Assembly: GCA_965202585.1 (NCBI GenBank)
Contig: OZ241831.1
Location: 31,620,001-31,684,000, forward strand
DNA length: 64,000 nucleotides
From: Thalia democratica
Taxonomy: Eukaryota
Direction: 5' to 3'
Shown here in pieces: positions 51,999-64,000 of the stretch. The notes beneath the pieces are model-generated. The model did not search any database, had not been told where the DNA came from, and saw nothing but the letters and a program-made list of their open reading frames with translations. Every line of letters begins with the position of its first letter. Positions within the stretch are counted from its first letter, which is position 1. A program made the position numbers and the translations under genes.

Positions 51999-54900
51999 TT
52001 TTTTTAAGTATTAAGCTATAAGTTTAATTGGAAACCTGTATTCACATCACAGATAAACTGTGCTTTTTTACCTACTACGCCCAATAGAATGGCTAGAGGT
52101 CTTTTTACTGCAGGCTTACACTTAGCATATAGCCACCTTGTTGTTCTATGTTTTACATTTTAACTTTCACATTAAACACAAACTCGTAATTTATAACATA
52201 GTTTAATTATTAAATATGTAAAACATCAGTATAAGATCTTTAATTTAGATACCCGACTGCTCTTTACTAAAACAATAATTAATTAATTATATTACTCGTT
52301 ATACAACATATATGTATTAAAGTCATAGTTGTTTTATGTATGACGCTGTAACTTAATTATTGGTCAGGGCTTTGAAAGGTTAATATTGATTTTTGTGCTT
52401 TGTTTTTTATAGTTTAAATTTTTTTTTAAAATTTAAATTCAATCTGCTTTCTAATTGTATCTAACTTCAATTTTGAAATAAAAAAAAAAACATTATACCA
52501 AGTTTCTGTGGCTTTTGTTGCTTTTACTATTGTTTGTTTTATGAAATCAATAATTAATGTTTGTTCTTTTATTTTTATACACAATTGATTACATATTACC
52601 TTAGTAAATTAAAGCGCTCTACTAATTTTCCTAACATAAAAAATAAATTATCTAACTTTGTAGTATAACTTAGCTACCTTGTCCTAATGTCTATATATAA
52701 CAGCTTAATATTGTGGCGTAGGTAACATATGTTTTTTGAATGATAAGTAACCAGTAAATATTTAGAATAAGTACTTTTTTCCTTTCATGTAAGTAGTTTA
52801 TACTATGATTTGTTATTTATTTTACATTTTTACTTTAATTTATTTAATTTATACTTATTAACTACAAATACTTTATAGTTTTATAGCAGTCGGATTCAAC
52901 GTTAAATATTTCATCTACAATTAACCACTAACCTATAAAAATCTATAGCAACTACTTTTATTTTTAATGGACACATGTATATACCTAGTTTAGCTTTTAT
53001 TCTTTTCTTACAGTATTAATTATTTTTTTTACAGAGCTCCGTTGAATTGTGTTAATCCGTTAACACACAGAAACATGTGATAATAAAAGAAGGATACTGT
53101 ATAATAAACAAAACCAATATATTAAGTTACTTTGGCATATGTTGTTTAGATTTTAAATTGGTGTTTTTTTTTTAGTTTTGAGCAAAAAGTTTTGTTAGTT
53201 TTAAGAAGTATTACTAAAAGTCATATCTTTAAGAAATTTAAAAGCTTTTAAAGAATTATAAGAAGCCTAAGTCTAGTAGTTTGTTGTTTACACATTTTAC
53301 TATTCTTTACGATAATTTGCGGAATGACAAGCGTTTGAGTTATTAACTAAAGTTCTGAACTTACAAACTCAATTTATCCTTAAATCACTGCACTTCAATG
53401 TTTTCAGGTAGCCGAAGTGTTTTTTTATGTCTTTAAACAAGATTTCTCAGAAAAATCAAGTAAAAATGTCTGTGTGGTGGATTATAGTTATAATTAATTA
53501 AAAATAATTTATTTATATTGGAAGAGTAAAACCCATAATAAAAACTATATTTGTATAAAAAACTTGCAAAAAAAAATTAAAAGTATTTTACAAAATAAGT
53601 GAAAACTAAGAGCAATCCTGTTACTATTGCATTTGTCTAAAACTTATGTTGAAGTTTTGGTTTTAATAAATAGTTTTATATTTGCATGTTGTTTGTTTAG
53701 TGCTGCATGCTTACATTTAATAAAACCACTAGTCTTACTAGATTTCCGATTTCTTATTTAATATAGATTAAATGCGGGAATTTTAGAATGAAAAACATTT
53801 AGGTAAGTATTATCACTATTTTATTGCTATTATTGCAGGTTTATTGACCTACTCTAGACCGAGGCATCGAAACCTGGGCCAGTTAAACTGAAAGACATAT
53901 AAGAAAAAGAGACAAAAAAAAAACACAAAAAAATCATATTGTTTAGAGTCAGAAAACATAATATAAATCAGTCAGAAAGCGTAGAAACATAATTGCAAAA
54001 TAGTAATAAATAACTATTGTTGTTTACTTTGTTTAATCTTTTTGTAAATAACTTTCGCACAACATTAAGCTCAGGCTATAACCATGTACATTATTTGCAA
54101 TAACTCAGTGTTATCTCAAATTGATATTCAAAAAGTACACAATGATGTTTAAAAACAGTAAAAAACGTATCAGCAACGGTGAGGTGCGGAAATAACACGG
54201 AGTTCGCACTTGATGTAATCGCCGATGCCAAGGTAAAGTGCAGTAAGGCAACGAGTAGGAAAAAACGAGCTACGAAGCAGATGAGTTTGCATAACAACGA
54301 GAGTGGAAGAATGGTTAGTTACGTCATAATATTAATCGTTATTCAAAATGAACCACGTGACGTCATAAAGCGGATGATTTTTATGTTCGTGTTTTATTTG
54401 TAAGCAGCACAAGTGTCTTTTACACTTTATACATTTTAAACCATGAAAAAGTTAAAACTTTTCTGTGACGTCGTTATGGGAAACATTTTAAGTAAGTTGT
54501 TATTTTTAAGTAAAATAGAAAAAAAAAAATTTTAACGGCTTTAAAATAAACTAGGTTTAAGAATTCAAAAAAAAAAGGTAAAAAAAAGGAAGGTATTAAT
54601 AATAGAAACAAAGTTTTGAAAAAGTTATTTCAGCAAACTTTAGTTTGCCAAAGAAACTATTAAAGGTATATTTATTACAAAGTAAAGACCTCTAACAACT
54701 TTTCAATAATCAAAAGTGTAGTATATTAGAAGCAACTAATGTATAAACTAAAAATAAAACTTTGGGGTTTAAACATAGAACTTACTGCTATAAAACTCAA
54801 TTGATTTATAATTGTGGAAGTGAAAAGAAATATAAGCTTTTAATACAGTTGTGAGTTAAATTAATAGAAAACTGAAAATTAGTCCGACATAATTTAAAAC

Positions 54901-56436
54901 TTTTTTTTATTACAAAGCGCCAATAAAATTATTAATATCATATAAAATACTCAAGTAGTTGCCGTTTTTTGACCAGTAATGGTAACCTTGTTGTTAAAAC
55001 ATCTAAAAGTAAAAACTTTAAATTAAAATTATTATTCTTTTCAAGATATAAAAAAAAATTAAACTGTTTTTAAATGTCGACAGCTAGAATGATTTACTTA
55101 AATTATTAAGTGTAAATTTTGTTTGTTTAAGCTTTATATACTAAAAATTAAACGACCTAATACAATTTAGAACTTTTAAAGGCTTTTTATAGACTTACGA
55201 ATGATAAAAGCCTAGAAATTGTAATCAACATCTATTAACAAATTTATTAGTTTTCAAGTATTAAGTTATGTATCAGTTGTACTTAAATTTTATTTTTAAA
55301 GAACTAGGATTAACTAAAGTGTTATTAAGTTAAATCAAATACATTTAAGTTTACAAGTTCACCAATGGACCATAAACAAAAATAAAGTTTAGCAATTTAT
55401 TAATCAAATGATTTAATACACGTTCGAAAATATTTTTCAACATATTTATAGAAACTTTAGCTACTTATAACTATAAACCAACGACATATTTTGTATTTTA
55501 ACTGTAAAGTTATAAATTTAAAAAACTTAATCTAAACGTCAATAAACCTGTCATTAAAATGTTTAATGTTTGCTTAACTCAATATTTTCAACGTATCAAA
55601 GTACAAACAAATTAATTTTGTATCACGTTTAACAAACTTGTTTTAATTGCTTTTTTCGTTTAAAAACAAACAAAGCACTTTAAGTATTAAACAAGTATAA
55701 GTTATATTGTTATGTTAGTCGAACTGAAAATTACAACAAAAATTAATATTAAATTAAAACATCGATAACAAATATCGTAACTAGAACGTTGATAAACCTT
55801 ATATATCTACTAAATACTTAATAAAACATTTTTTAATTGTACATAAAAAAATGTAGTTGTAATAAGTTTGCTTACCTAATTTGATTTTATTGATATTATG
55901 TTGAATTTAATTGTAGAATCTCTCAATCAAGTGCGAATTTAAAAGATTTATACTTCAGTTAGTTTTTTTATTTAACTTCATTTGACTAATTTGTAACTAG
56001 ATATGTTTAAAAGAACAAACGAAACTCTAATACTAACTTGAACAATGAAATTCTTGTTGAAACATTTATGGTTGTTTGTAGTTAAAGTTTGTATTTATTT
56101 ATTACTTAATTAGTAAAAAAAAGTCAGCCTAAAGGCATCATTACCATTAAATTTAATTGAAGTATTTGCAACAGCTTTAAATAATAAAAACATTACAATG
56201 AATTATAGTTTTGGTTACATTAACTTGTTTTTAGAAGTTTACTGAAACTGATATCTTTAAGAAACTTAAAACACTTTTAAGACTTAAGTCTAGTAGTTTG
56301 TTGTTTACAAATTTTACTTATTTTTACGATCATTTGCGGAATGACAAGCGTTTGACTTATTAATTAGAGTTCTGAACTTACCAACTCAATTTATTCTTAA
56401 ATCACTGCACTTCAATGTTTTCAGGCAGCCGAAGTG

Positions 56437-56680
56437 CAAAATTTTAAAAGAGGGAACCAGTTCCGGATGATAAAAAGGACAGCGAGTCTCTGATGTTTCT
56501 CGGACCGAGTCCTGAGTCCTGACTACTACAGCAAAAATTATTGGCGCTAGCAGGCGCCATTGCAATGCAGACTCCAAACAAATGGATTGGTGCGCAATTT
56601 TGTTATACGTTGGTTGTTTGTTGTTGTTGTCAAGTTAAACAGTTAAGAAGCGAAAAATTGTATTCGTTATAAAAGCTGGT
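56437..56680. promoter_or_regulatory. Unique GC-rich promoter/5'UTR-like island abutting the array end
   Basis: CpG-rich, with two ATTGG (CCAAT) motifs and a TTGGCGC E2F-like motif. A minus-strand GTAAGT donor sits at 56378-56383, and all minus-strand frames close before it. Confidence 0.35.
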
Positions 56681-57203
56681 AAAAACAAAAAATTAAAAGG
56701 AAAACTTTAAACTATTAGTAATTTTTAGTATTTTAAGTATATATGCTGTTTTATTCAACCAGATAAAACTTTTTACTAGTTTGTCTTAACTTAACTTGAC
56801 TGAGCTTCTAATCAAATCAAAATATATAAATGTCTTTTGTTGATAATACATATATATTGTATAAACTCATTGGTTGTTTATTAGTTTTATAAACAATAAT
56901 GCACATTAAGACGGGTGTCTTGCCAAACGTGAACTTTTTTCCTTTAAATATGCATCCGTTTTTACGTGAACTTTTTTCCTTTAAATATGCACCAGTTTTT
57001 ATTGCAGGTGTAATAGTTTACTGAGCACAAAATAATACTGTTTTAGAATTAGAGTAATAATGTACAAGTAATAGATTTATATTTTACCTCACAGTTTGTA
57101 AATAAATTTATATCAATATATTTAAAGAATATTTAATTATTCCCAAAAACTAAAAGTTGTTCAACAGTCATAAAGTTACAAAGACACAATCAACAATATT
57201 TTG

Positions 57204-57605
57204 GGTTATGGTTAACTTTTTTTAGGTAAGCACCAATATCAAGCTAAAATTATAAGACATTTGATGTCTTATTTAATCATAATTTTAGGCTAAAAATTTC
57301 TCTTTTATAAATACATGAACAAAATTAAACTTATATATCATAAACTAATAAACTAAAATATGTAAATGCTTTTGTTTTACAATATAAAGTGATTATATCA
57401 ATACAATAATTTATGTTGATTATGATATTGTGAAATAAACTTGATTAATTTTTTTAATTTATAATATTTTAATTTTTTTTTCTATGTATTTATATAGCTT
57501 ATTTGAATTGAAGTAGTTTTAAGCCTAAAATTATGATTAAATAAGACATTGAATTTATAATATTTTCAGTTTGATATTGGTGCTCACCTAAAGTTAACCA
57601 TAACC
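57204..57605. mobile_element. Nested MITE with about 100-bp TIRs
   Basis: ggttatggttaac...aggtaagcaccaatatcaa... / ...ttgatattggtgctcacctaaagttaaccataacc. Confidence 0.75.
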
Positions 57606-57887
57606 ATATTGTTTTGAGATAAATAATTAAGCAAAAAAATTAAAGAAATATTGTTCAAAAACTGTACAACAAAATGGTTTGTAATGCAGAAGTTTTTTTA
57701 TGATTTTTTAATATAAAAAAAAACTTTTTGAATTTATTTTCATTGTACTTTTTTATTCTTGTATTTCAAAAACTGTGAAAAGCAATTGCTAGGTAGGACA
57801 CAAAGTTCATTATAATATAATTGACTTATAAAATGGGCATAGACTCATGAATCTCAAGACAGGTTGACTCAAAATTTTAGATATGAG

Positions 57888-58828
57888 CAGGTTTGCCACA
57901 AGGTCAGGAAATCAGGAAAAACTAAAAAAATTGAAAAAAGTCAGGAAAAAATAGGGGCAAAATTAAATATTTTGAAAAAAAAGTCAGGAAAAGTCATGAA
58001 ATTTGACAGAATAAAAAAAGAAGTTAGATTTTGTCAATTTAAGGCAATAAGGGGTAGGCCATGTTTTTTACAATTTGATCTTATTTTATAAATTTTTTTT
58101 CTAAGCTATAAGATCCTTTTCATGGTTTTAAATTTTTTTTTGAGATACGACCAGTCAAAGTCGGGCCAAACAATAAGTTCCCTATGGGAAGGGAAAAATA
58201 AAACAGCAGAAAAAACTATTTTGTTTATAATCTATTTCCTCCTACATTTTTCAAGCAATCTTCTTCAAACTTTTACAGTCTAATCTTTATACAATAACAA
58301 AAAAACTTTACTTATAAATTTAAAAATTTTTAGTAAATTTTTTTTTGAAAAAAATTATGTTTTTTTTTAATTTTTGTCATAAAATTTTTATTTCTTAAAT
58401 TATTAAAATTCATAAGTAACGTTTTTTTTTAATGTAAGGAAAATTTGATGAAAATTTGAAAAAGATTGCTTCAAAAATAAAGGAGGATATAGATTTTTAG
58501 TGATTTTTAGAATTGCTAAGAAAATTAACCCAAATTATGTGGTCCATACATTTGTACTGGAAATTTTTTATAAAAAATAAAATATCTCAAAAGTTAAATA
58601 ATATTTTTGAATAAATAAAAACTGGCTTATAGTTTGTAATTCAAAATTTTATATAAAAACCAAAGTTATATTTTGTATAAAAAAATGTGTTGAGCCTATG
58701 GCCTTAAGTAGTTAGTTTAGTTTTTGTTTAAAATTTTTTAGAATAAGTTAAAGTTTACTTTGTTTATTTTGATTATATATTTTAGAAAAATCAGGAAAAT
58801 TTTCTCAGCTTGATCTGTGGCAACCCTG
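57888..58828. mobile_element. hAT-like MITE (CAGGGTTGCCA family) interrupted by a Kolobok-like MITE
   Basis: Ends CAGGTTTGCCAC / GTGGCAACCCTG; 6-bp target duplication TATGAG. Confidence 0.85.
58043..58703. mobile_element. TTAA-flanked Kolobok-like MITE nested in the hAT-like MITE
   Basis: TTAA|GGCAATAAGGGG ... GCCTATGGCC|TTAA; inverted homologue of 35818-36505. Confidence 0.85.
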
Positions 58829-59419
58829 TATGAGGAGACAAAGTAGTTCAATATTATTATTATATTGTTTATTGTGCAATGTTGGACTCAGGCATCAAAA
58901 CCTGAGCCACTTAAACAGGACACACAAAAAGAGAAAAAGAAAATAAACTTATATTCAAAATTTTAAGATAAATTATATATATATACAAACATAATTTAAA
59001 TGAAAACACAAAGTTAAACACAATATGATAAACAAATAAACTAAATTGAAAATTCAATTCAAAAAATTTAACATTATATATTACTTAGTACACACAGTAA
59101 AGAAGTTTGTCTAAAATCATGGCTTATAAACAAAATTCATAACTACAAAATATATAAGTAAACTAATAGTTTGTATGGGGGAAGCGTTATAAATAGTAGT
59201 TATAATAGTTATAAATAGTTTTTTTTTGAATTTATTTTTAGTGTCCATTTTCTGTGGTTAAAACTAATTGATTTGTTGTAAATAGTTTTTTAAATAAATA
59301 ATAAAAGCTATTTTCAAACAGTCATACAGTTAAAAACACACAATCAACAATATTTTGTGGCAATAAGTGGAAATTAAAAGTTAAATATTTATGAAAAACT
59401 TTAATAAAAATGTTCTACT

Positions 59420-59491
59420 GTCCGGTTTCGAACTCACAACAGTAAAACAGTATATTTCGATTACCGCACTAGACCATTCGGCCATCGAGAC
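59420..59491 (-). pseudogene. tRNA-like sequence (tRNA pseudogene or SINE head)
   Basis: GTCTCGATGGCCGAATGGTCTAGTGCG...GTGAGTTCGAAACCGGAC retains A and B boxes, but the T-stem and anticodon arm do not pair. Confidence 0.6.
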
Positions 59492-61944
59492 TTGTTCGAT
59501 GAAGCAAGTTTTTGATTTATAAATTTACTAAATTTTGCTTTTTGATAACAAAATTATTTATTGCGGTTATACTTCATACACAACTATTATTTAAGCAATA
59601 TGTGATAAATCAATATTTGTTGTTTGTAATGAAATATTTTTTTTTAGTTAAGGCAAATTAGTATATAGTTGTTTGTAAATTAAAATAATAAACTAAAACT
59701 AAGATATACTACTCAAACTTGTATTAAGTCTTGAAATAATTTCTAATTTCATCTTACTTCTTATTTTATACTACTATATGTCACATTTAAATCATTATTG
59801 AATTGATTAGTTCACTAGAAGTTGCTCACTATTAAAAACTGGTTTCAGAGATTGGTACAACTAGTTAGGAAAGTTAATTGTAAGGGTTATATGCTGCAAA
59901 GCGGACTTTTCTCCTTGAGAATTACTGCTAATATTTAAATAAATACAAGATGAAGACATTGAGTGTATTTTTTACATCTTTAAATTTTATTGTCATCAAA
60001 CCTAAACATTCGAAAATTAAGAAGCTGTGTAGTAAACCAAAAAATTAATATTAAATTATATGTTTGATTAACCACAAGTTTGTTTTTGTTACACAACTTA
60101 ATATCTTAACAAAGCTAAAGGTCCTGACTCCTAGATATGACATTTAACTGTTCTGGTGTACGATTTGATAACTGAAAGGTTTTTTTTGTACACTAGGTCC
60201 TTGGACAAAAATTTTTGAGCTAATTTTGGCGTTCAATACTATACATTCGATTACTCATTTGGGTTAAATGTTTAACTTTCTGTTATATAAGTAAATATAA
60301 GGAATTTAAAAAAAATCTCTACTAAATGCAACTACGTTGATGTAATAAACTAAAACATAATGTTTAAGTTTTTCGTAAGACTGTATTTGTTAAACGTATT
60401 TGAAATCTTTATAGTACAGGTAGAACTTAATAAATAATAATACTGTGCTCACAAGTAATAAATTTTTAGCATTTAACTAAACTACTTATTGTATGTTTCA
60501 AATAACTAGTAGAATCTAATTTTCATAATCACCGATTAAATGAAGTGAGGATTCTAACATTATGACTGGACATTTTCTAAGATAAAGTTAAACTGCTTAG
60601 GTGTGCGACTCGCTGATTAAAAGATTTTTTGTACACAACGCCCTTGGATAAAAGTTTTTGAGCGATTTTTTTTTGTCCTTCAATAAATAATAATGTGAAC
60701 AATATTTAAAATAAATACAATTTTAATAAAATCTACTGAAGTCTGAACAAATCTTTGTATCTATCTAGTTTTTTAAATACTAAATATGTTTATTATTTAA
60801 AGTATTTATGGTTAAGATTTTTTTGTTTGAAGTATTAATTTTAAGTGTATAATTAGATTAATAGTTTTAATAGTAAGAAGGTTATAAGTTAACTAATAAA
60901 TGAATAAAATTTTAAACTTTACTATCTAACAAGAATTTTCGTTTAAATGTTATCTATTTACAAAAATTCGTCAAAAACTTAATGTAATTGCTTTTTAATT
61001 GAATTAATTTGAGTTAGTATTCAATAATTCGAGTAACTATCTACAAAATATATTATAGATTCGGTTGTTTGTAACAAGTTATTTGCCACTACCAAGTGAA
61101 AATATTATAAATAGTTAAAAAATCAATTTACTTTTTAACGAAATCGAATATAGGTGTTTTAATTTGAAAATAATTGATAAAATATAGAAAAAGGTTAAAA
61201 AAAATCATGACCTGATTTACAGTATATTCTTCCATTAATTAAAAAAAAAAACAATTTTATTTAAAGCTAAGTAAAAAAATAGTAATTTAATTATTTTGTA
61301 AAACATTTACACTATACAATATCGTTTTTTAAATTTAAAATTTAAACTAAAGAATTAATTCTTTTTTATAGTTTTTATTCTTTTTAATTAAGTAGCTTTT
61401 TTTTTTGTTTGCATAAATTCTTTTTTTTTGTTTAAAAATTAACGATCTTTTATTATTCACTTTCCTTTTTTGTTGCTGAATTGATTTATTAGCTTACATA
61501 TTGTCTTTAATTAGTTTGAGTTGAACTTTGAAAAATAGTACTTAACTGCATATTTTGTGCTCAGTAAAGCTTAGTGAACCAGTAAAAACTGGTGTATATT
61601 TAAAGGAAAAAAGTTCACGTTTGGCAAGACACCCCATTAAGACAGACTAATGTCTAAAATAGTTATTCAAAAATAACTAAGATAGTAAAAATATATTTGT
61701 GAACTTTTTATGGTATTTAAGTATTAGTCTTGAAAACAAGTTAGCTTACAACTTAAATAAAAACTTACTGGTAATTTTTCGTCTGGCCACAATTTCATTT
61801 TAGTTATACAATAAAAAACATAAATTATTTAAAGACTGGAAACGCACATGAGAATAAAACATCTCACACAGAAGCAGATTACGGATAGTAGAATGAAATG
61901 CAACTGCGACTTCAAGCGGTGATGCTGCATGGGATGGCAGACCA

Positions 61945-62097
61945 TTACCACTTTAATATGCACGTGAAACTGAAACAGGGCGAAATTGCCTCAGTTAAAG
62001 CATCGTTTTCAACGTCGGGTTTTCCCCAAAAACAGAGTTCATTAGACTGCATCTCAGTTTGTTGTCGGGGATTTGTATGAATACGGCTGTTATTAGT
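61945..62097 (-). CDS. Candidate terminal coding exon of a gene entering from the right
   Basis: Acceptor tttttcag at 62098-62105 is followed by 50 open codons (TNNSRIHTNPRQQTEMQSNELCFWGKPDVENDALTEAISPCFSFTCILKW*) in a GC-richer island. No family recognised. Confidence 0.3.
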   Translation of the reverse strand, partial: TNNSRIHTNPRQQTEMQSNELCFWGKPDVENDALTEAISPCFSFTCILKW

Positions 62098-63235
62098 CTG
62101 AAAAAGTATAAACATTATGAAAAAACTGTTTTTAAATAATCTTAAGTTATTTAGCTGGTAGAGGTTTTCGAGAACAAATTTGAACTTTGAAAAATATTTC
62201 TTAAAAGGACTTTTTGCCAATAAAAAAGAAACTGTATTTGTTTAAAAAATCTTTGTTTAATGTTGATATGTTATAAAAATCTTTAACATGTGATTTTTTA
62301 TTAGAGATAAAAAAAGTATATAACTAAATTGGTAAAACAATAACAACATTAAATTGTTAAAATGAAGTATCTCGTTTTTGTATGGATTTCTATAAATGTT
62401 TCTTTGCCTTTTTTTAATCTTTTTATAATTTATTGCACTAATGTAGTAGTTTAAGCTAAGAGCTTGAATTTTTATTATTGATAAATTTTACAAGATTTTT
62501 GATTAAACTTGAGATTTTCTTAACTATAACGCTGTTTTTAATTTATTTTTCCCATTTACTGTTTAAATAATTTTTACTTAGATAATACTTTATACAAAAA
62601 AAAAAAGAATTTTACTTTTCTTCATTGATGGTTTACAGTAACGATTATAACATTAATCAGTTTTCGCATTATAGAAACTTTTTTTAACTTTACTTAGTTC
62701 TATACAAAATACTTTAAGATTATGTTTAAAAACTTTTTTTTTACTGTTTGAGTTTTATGTAACTTTCATACTTTTTTTTGATAAATTCTACAGTTTAGAG
62801 TAGGGTATGCAACGTTTTTAGTTGCTGGACAGATGTTGAAAAACTTAGTTTTTGACAGGCCGGAATATTTCAATTTAATTTAGTTCACAAAAATTACTAA
62901 ATTATTTAACTAAATTCGACAAAATATTAATCATATGCGATTTTTTTTTACCAAATCAAGTACATTTAGTGTTAATTGCAAAAATTATAAATTCCTAAAT
63001 ATTTAGTGCAAGTTTCAAATCTCAAGTAAATTATAACTATGAATGTTTTCGCTCTTTAGCTCAATTACAAAAATATGTAGCGTAAGTTTCAAAATTCAGT
63101 TTAGTGGGCCAAGTTTACATGCTCGCGGTCGAATTTTACCTTTGCGGGCAGAATTTCAATAAAGTTTTCAAACATTGGCGAGCCGGTCATTTTCACTATC
63201 CGGGCAGGATTCGGTAACCCCTAGTCAATGTGGGA

Positions 63236-63570
63236 ACGGGTCACTTTTGCAAGAAGACACTTTTGCACGGCGACTCTTTTGCACGAGCGTCACTTTAGCA
63301 CGAGGGGACACTTTTGCACGGCGTCACTTTTGCACACAGGGTCACTTTTGCACGAGGTTACACTTTTGCACGGCGGCACTTTTGCACGGCAACTCGTTTG
63401 CACGGAGGGTCACTTTTGCACTGCGTCACTTTTGTACGAGGAGACACTCTTGCACGGTCGTAACTTTTGCACGGCAAAATTTTTACACGTCAAAACTTTT
63501 GCACGACGTTACATTTGCATGGCGACATTTTTGCAAAGCGTCACTTATGCACGGCGTTATATTTTCACGG
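63236..63570. repeat. Minisatellite of about 17-18 bp (gtcacttttgcacgg-like), probably the interior of a non-autonomous element
   Basis: About 18 degenerate units containing (t)tttgcac; explains ORFs 63175-63582 and 63228-63644. Confidence 0.85.
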
Positions 63571-64000
63571 ATATACTTATGAACTGGGAAAATTTTAAAC
63601 AATCAGTCAATTTTGAAGGGAACTTCACTCTTCCACGCTTCTAATTTTTATTTTCTCAAATATAAATTTAAATATTTTTTTGTCAACTTTAATAACATTC
63701 GCTTTTAAACGCAAGTTGTTTTGAATAAATAAAATGTGGTACTTTTTTAATGAAATTTTAATGCAAACTTTTTATGAATTTTTTCTTGCAAAAACTTATT
63801 TTACACACTAAGTTTCGGTCAAAGACCTCGTTAGTGCTTAAGTAAAGTTCTTGAAAAAAAGTTTTTATTTGAATTTTTACGGAGAACAACATAATTACGT
63901 ACCAGAATTTATTAATTTATATTTATAATCTTAATTAAAATAAACTATATGATTAAGTAAAATAAAATAAAATTACTAATTCTAAATAATCACGACTTTT

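Larger units (their letters stand above)
45633..56436. repeat. Head-to-tail tandem triplication of an approximately 4.1-kb unit (45633-49327, 49328-53419, 53420-56436)
   Basis: Each unit starts tttttt(at)atgtcttt(t)aaacaagatttctcag and ends cacttcaatgttttcagg(t/c)agccgaagtg. Copy 1 lacks about 375 bp. Copy 3 lacks about 130 bp and has about 540 bp of unrelated DNA replacing about 1.5 kb. Confidence 0.95.
56910..61636. mobile_element. About 4.7-kb TTAA-flanked non-autonomous DNA transposon (Kolobok-like) carrying nested insertions
   Basis: TIRs of about 100 bp: gggtgtcttgccaaacgtgaacttttttcctttaaatat...ctgagcacaaaata at the left and its reverse complement at 61545-61636. TTAA on both flanks; no transposase seen. 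Confidence 0.8.

Noticed and set aside
59420-59491. Functional tRNA gene
   Set aside because: The T-stem and anticodon stem cannot pair, so no cloverleaf forms.
63175-63644. 135-aa and 138-aa ORFs as pentapeptide-repeat proteins
   Set aside because: They are by-products of a stop-poor minisatellite.
1-64000. CRISPR arrays, operons, rRNA or other prokaryotic systems
   Set aside because: No constant-repeat/unique-spacer array, rRNA-like sequence or gene-dense region was seen; the architecture is spliceosomal and eukaryotic.

Overview
Very AT-rich, intron-rich animal DNA with no prokaryotic features. Composition, the Kelch paralogue type and the repeat families suggest a hydrozoan such as Hydra (inference). 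Most ORF-track entries are spurious; the real genes appear only after manual splicing. Two spliced genes were reconstructed: a + strand EF-hand-like/coiled-coil protein (at least 16 phase-compatible exons, 7505-20881) and a - strand divergent boule/DAZ-type RRM protein (about 30242-35099). The window also holds a Kelch pseudogene, Penelope-like retroelement fragments (GIY-YIG and RT) with one intact and two or three decayed minimal hammerhead ribozymes, and a Gypsy integrase fragment inside a fold-back/direct-repeat rearrangement. There are many hAT-like and Kolobok-like (TTAA) MITEs, some nested, and a decayed intronless coiled-coil ORF of about 500 codons (43.1-44.6 kb). A head-to-tail triplication of an approximately 4.1 kb unit (45633-56436) carries a GC-rich hairpin and a cluster of bZIP sites in each copy.
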